Assembly (NCBI GenBank): GCA_008632985.1
Contig: QPGO01000005.1
Location: 889,607 to 953,606 of the forward strand
Direction of reading: 5' to 3'
Length of the DNA: 64,000 nucleotides
Origin: Psammoneis japonica
Lineage: Eukaryota
Shown here: positions 60,776-64,000 of the stretch, piece after piece
How positions within the stretch are numbered: the first letter of the stretch is position 1
Layout: each line of letters starts with the position of its first letter
Notes under the pieces: model-generated
Told to the model about the DNA's origin: nothing
The model's database searches: none
What the model saw: the letters and a program-made list of their open reading frames with translations, nothing else
Made by a program: the position numbers and the translations under genes

Positions 60776-63700
60776 CTAGTCCATATTATTATCGAGTTTC
60801 TTCTGCGCTCTCATCTGCCGACTAATTAATGTAGAGTACGCTCCTTGTGGATTCTGGATGAGATCTTCGTGGCTTCCCTGTTCCGTCACACGTCCGTCTT
60901 GAACAACAAAAATCACGTCTGCGTTTCGCACCGTAGATAGTCGGTGCGCAACAATCAACACAGTCATACCTTGAAAGGTTTCAAGTAGGCGAACGCAAAC
61001 ATCAATAAAAACAGCGAAGCATATATCGCAACTCACCAAAACGGATAAAAAATGGAACGTACCTGGATTCCCTTCGGACCCTCGATCTCTTGCAAGCATA
61101 TCATCAATTGCATCCTGCACAAGGGCTAGAGAGGACCAAAGCAACAATAGAAGCAAGGTTTAGCAACGTGAAACGAGAGAACATGCTATCCTTGTCAAAT
61201 ATCTCACCTTCGCTTTCCGCATCCAGGGCCGAAGTTGCTACGGTGGCACATTGAAACTAGTGGTAAGAGAGTGGTGTTCAGAGGAGACGATATCTCACAA
61301 TCAAAACTTACCCTCATCGAGTAGTAACACACGCGGCTTTCGAACAAGGGCGCGAGCAATAGCTACTCGTTGCTTCTGACCTCCACTTAGCTGTACTCCT
61401 CGTTCTCCTACGTCTGTCTCATAGCCATTTGGCAATTTCTAAGAGAGTGTGGATTTCGTAGCAGAGGAATGTGAGATACAATTGACCAATTCAGCATGCA
61501 ATACACAAAGGAAGTATCCTTAAGCTTACTTCAATGAACGCCGCCGCATTGGCTAGTCTTGCGGCTTCCTCGATCTCTTCATCACTCGGTTCAAACTCTG
61601 TTCCCTCAAGTCCATACATGATGTTTCGGCGGATTGACCGGGCAAATAATGTTGGCTCTTGCGACACAACGGAGACGTGGCGACTTAACCATTGCGGGGC
61701 AAAATTGTGGACCTGAACAGACACCAAAATAGTTTAGCGGGGGGAAAGCGGGATGCGGTAGAATGGCACACCGAGAAACTTACTCTTTCTCCATCAATGA
61801 GTACCTCCCCAGCCGAAGGCTCGTACAGGTGTTGCACAAGAGACATCACACTTGATTTGCCACTTTTCCGTTACATAGGATGTGTAAGAGAAATACGTGA
61901 GAAGACCACGACACAAATAGATGAAACCTCGCATAGCAAGAAAAGAGACGTACCTCCCTGAAGGGCCGACCAATGCAACAACTTGACCTGGCTTTGCTGT
62001 GAGGCTCATCCCTGACAAGACCATGCGCTGAGGTCTCGCGGGATAGTATAGTTCGACGTCACTCAGCGTGATCTCGCCACGACAAACATCTGGAGAGACA
62101 CCGGCATGTCGATGTTTGGACGTCTTTGATGCCTCCGTGCCCATGATCCCGCGATGTTGCGTAAATTCAGAGTGTGTGTGTGCGCCGCCAACATCCACAG
62201 ACTCGTCTGTATCCGGCGGCGTCAGACGAGGCTGACGGTTCATAAGCTCAAACACCTTGTCGGCTGCACCAACGGCTTGTGTTAAAGACGAAAAAATGTA
62301 CCCAATGCTACCAAAGGCATCCGAAAGTGACTGCAGGTAAAGGAGGAAACTGACTAGCTGACCACTAGTCATATCTCCATTTCGCACCAAAAGCCCACCA
62401 TAAAATAAAACCAGTGCAGTGACCAATTGCGGCAATGCCGTAACACACGTACAATACCCAAAGTAGGCAACAGCAGAACGTAGGTTCAAAGACAGATATT
62501 TTTCCATGCATTTGTGGAATTCATTCAACTCTCCTTCTCCAGCATCGAACGCTCGAACTGTGGACATGGATCCGATTGCCGCTTCGCTTACAGAGTTGCC
62601 ATCCGCCAGTTTCTTCTGCATTAGCTTTGTAAGACTTCGGACGAAGTTGCCATACCACTTGCTAAGGACCGTGATGACCGGAACAGATATGAAGGCCAAG
62701 AGTGATAGCTGCCACGACACGACAAACATAAATGCAAGCACGCCCACCGCTTGAACCAAGGATCGAAGAAAGACATTGACGTTGAGCATCACCTGATCCC
62801 CCACAAGGGTAGTATCACTACTGAGACGACTTGTAATGTCTCCCGTCTTCGTCACGTCAAAGAAACCGATATCTTGCGTGAGAAGGGCGTCCATTAACTT
62901 CAAACGCAACCTGACGTTGACACGACCTCCAACCTTGAGAAAAATTATGGCAAAATAAGATACGAGCTGCCTTGAGAGATGATTGCTTTCTTTCGGATAG
63001 TACATGCAAAACAACATCACGTACCACTGTGAAAATGGAACCACGAATTCCGGAGAACAACCCACATAGGATTGACGCTATCACGAGTTTCTCAATATTT
63101 GACACAAATCCTGGAACCTCCCATATCGGAGGTCTCTTTTCGTCATCATCTTGGCCGGCAAAGGTTTCTGCCAACGAATCCAAAATGTTTCCAGTGAATT
63201 TTGGTATGTAGATTTGCGCCAAGGCTGCCAAGAGCAAAAAAATGAATGCCAGAGCAATAAGATGAATTTGTGGTATGCACAACTTCAAAAGATCCGACCA
63301 TTTAGCCTTGTATGTGGTATCACTGGTTATATCGCTGACCCCTCGTGCGTCGCCATTCCTGCTATTGTCTGCGCCCTCTTCCAAATCATCTTCTTGTTCT
63401 TCGTCGTCCTCGTGCAAGGAAGGCGTTTGTGACGACAAGAGGGGAATACTCAAATTTGACCCGATTCGATGCATCCAATTTGTACTACTGCTGTCTCGTC
63501 GTATTGACTGCCCACGTTCGCGTGCAAGATTTGTCATGGAGTCGAGATATACCGGAATGATTGTGGAGAACACGGCAGTTTGGCCTAACGCCAACCAGAA
63601 GAGCCCGTGTGGTGGTGATTTCTCAGAGGACAGTTCTTGATCAAGACGTGACAGGCACTTGGTTATACTCCACAATCCTGCAACGAGACTGACAAATTCA

Positions 63701-64000
63701 CACGGAAATGCATTTCGTGCAGTATACCGGCGAAACCAAGGACAGCACGGTTCTTCCAAAGCTTCGTCTTCAAGTTCCTCCCTACTCTTGCGTTCGCCAT
63801 TAGGATGATACAAGTCGAATGGTGATTCTGGTGATTCGTCACTGTAATACGAACGTATCAGCGCAAATGTGGCACAAAGAAATCGAAAACACGACAGTAT
63901 AGCAAGGTCCGACAGGGATCCATACACGGTATAATGATTGTTCCCGATAGTTCCTTCGTGGTTCGAGAAACTAGCGAAATGAATGAAGGTAGAGAAAGCG
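60776..64000 (-). CDS. ABCB half-transporter (TAP/ABCB9-like), multi-exon, 5' end beyond the window
   Basis: [58 protein letters not shown] (61350-61395) and VAHRLSTV. Confidence 0.9.

Overview
Eukaryotic nuclear DNA, most likely from a diatom: genes are compact with short GT-AG introns, and several proteins carry bipartite signal-peptide + 'AF/GF' plastid presequences. About 17 protein-coding genes are supported: mitochondrial-carrier-family protein, ALG12, cyclophilin-RRM PPIL4, plastid ClpP, JTB-like protein, bacterial-type RtcB, 2H phosphoesterase, DUF4336, MSH5, a hypothetical protein, an MBL/cNMP-domain protein, TauE, RPA49, an RGG/Pro-rich protein, ALKBH8, an ABC-ATPase/MlaE fusion, LACS and an ABCB half-transporter. 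Between them lie four sharply bounded domains (~1305-11280, ~15240-16945, ~21030-23845, ~32860-40730; about 22 kb) of decayed transposon and repeat DNA. These domains are depleted of CpG, as expected from 5mC deamination, and also almost entirely of TpA. The few surviving TpA sit mostly in YTAR context. Decayed transposase motifs indicate TAY->TGY and RTA->RCA changes next to CGA->TGA. This points to a repeat-targeted, context-specific A:T->G:C hypermutation process, opposite in direction to fungal RIP, and is the main candidate novel system. A second candidate is a tandem, intronless RtcB + 2H-phosphoesterase pair (possible RNA-repair module). Three genes carry single-base frameshifts that are probably assembly errors. 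All counts and family assignments were made by eye and from memory, without database searches.
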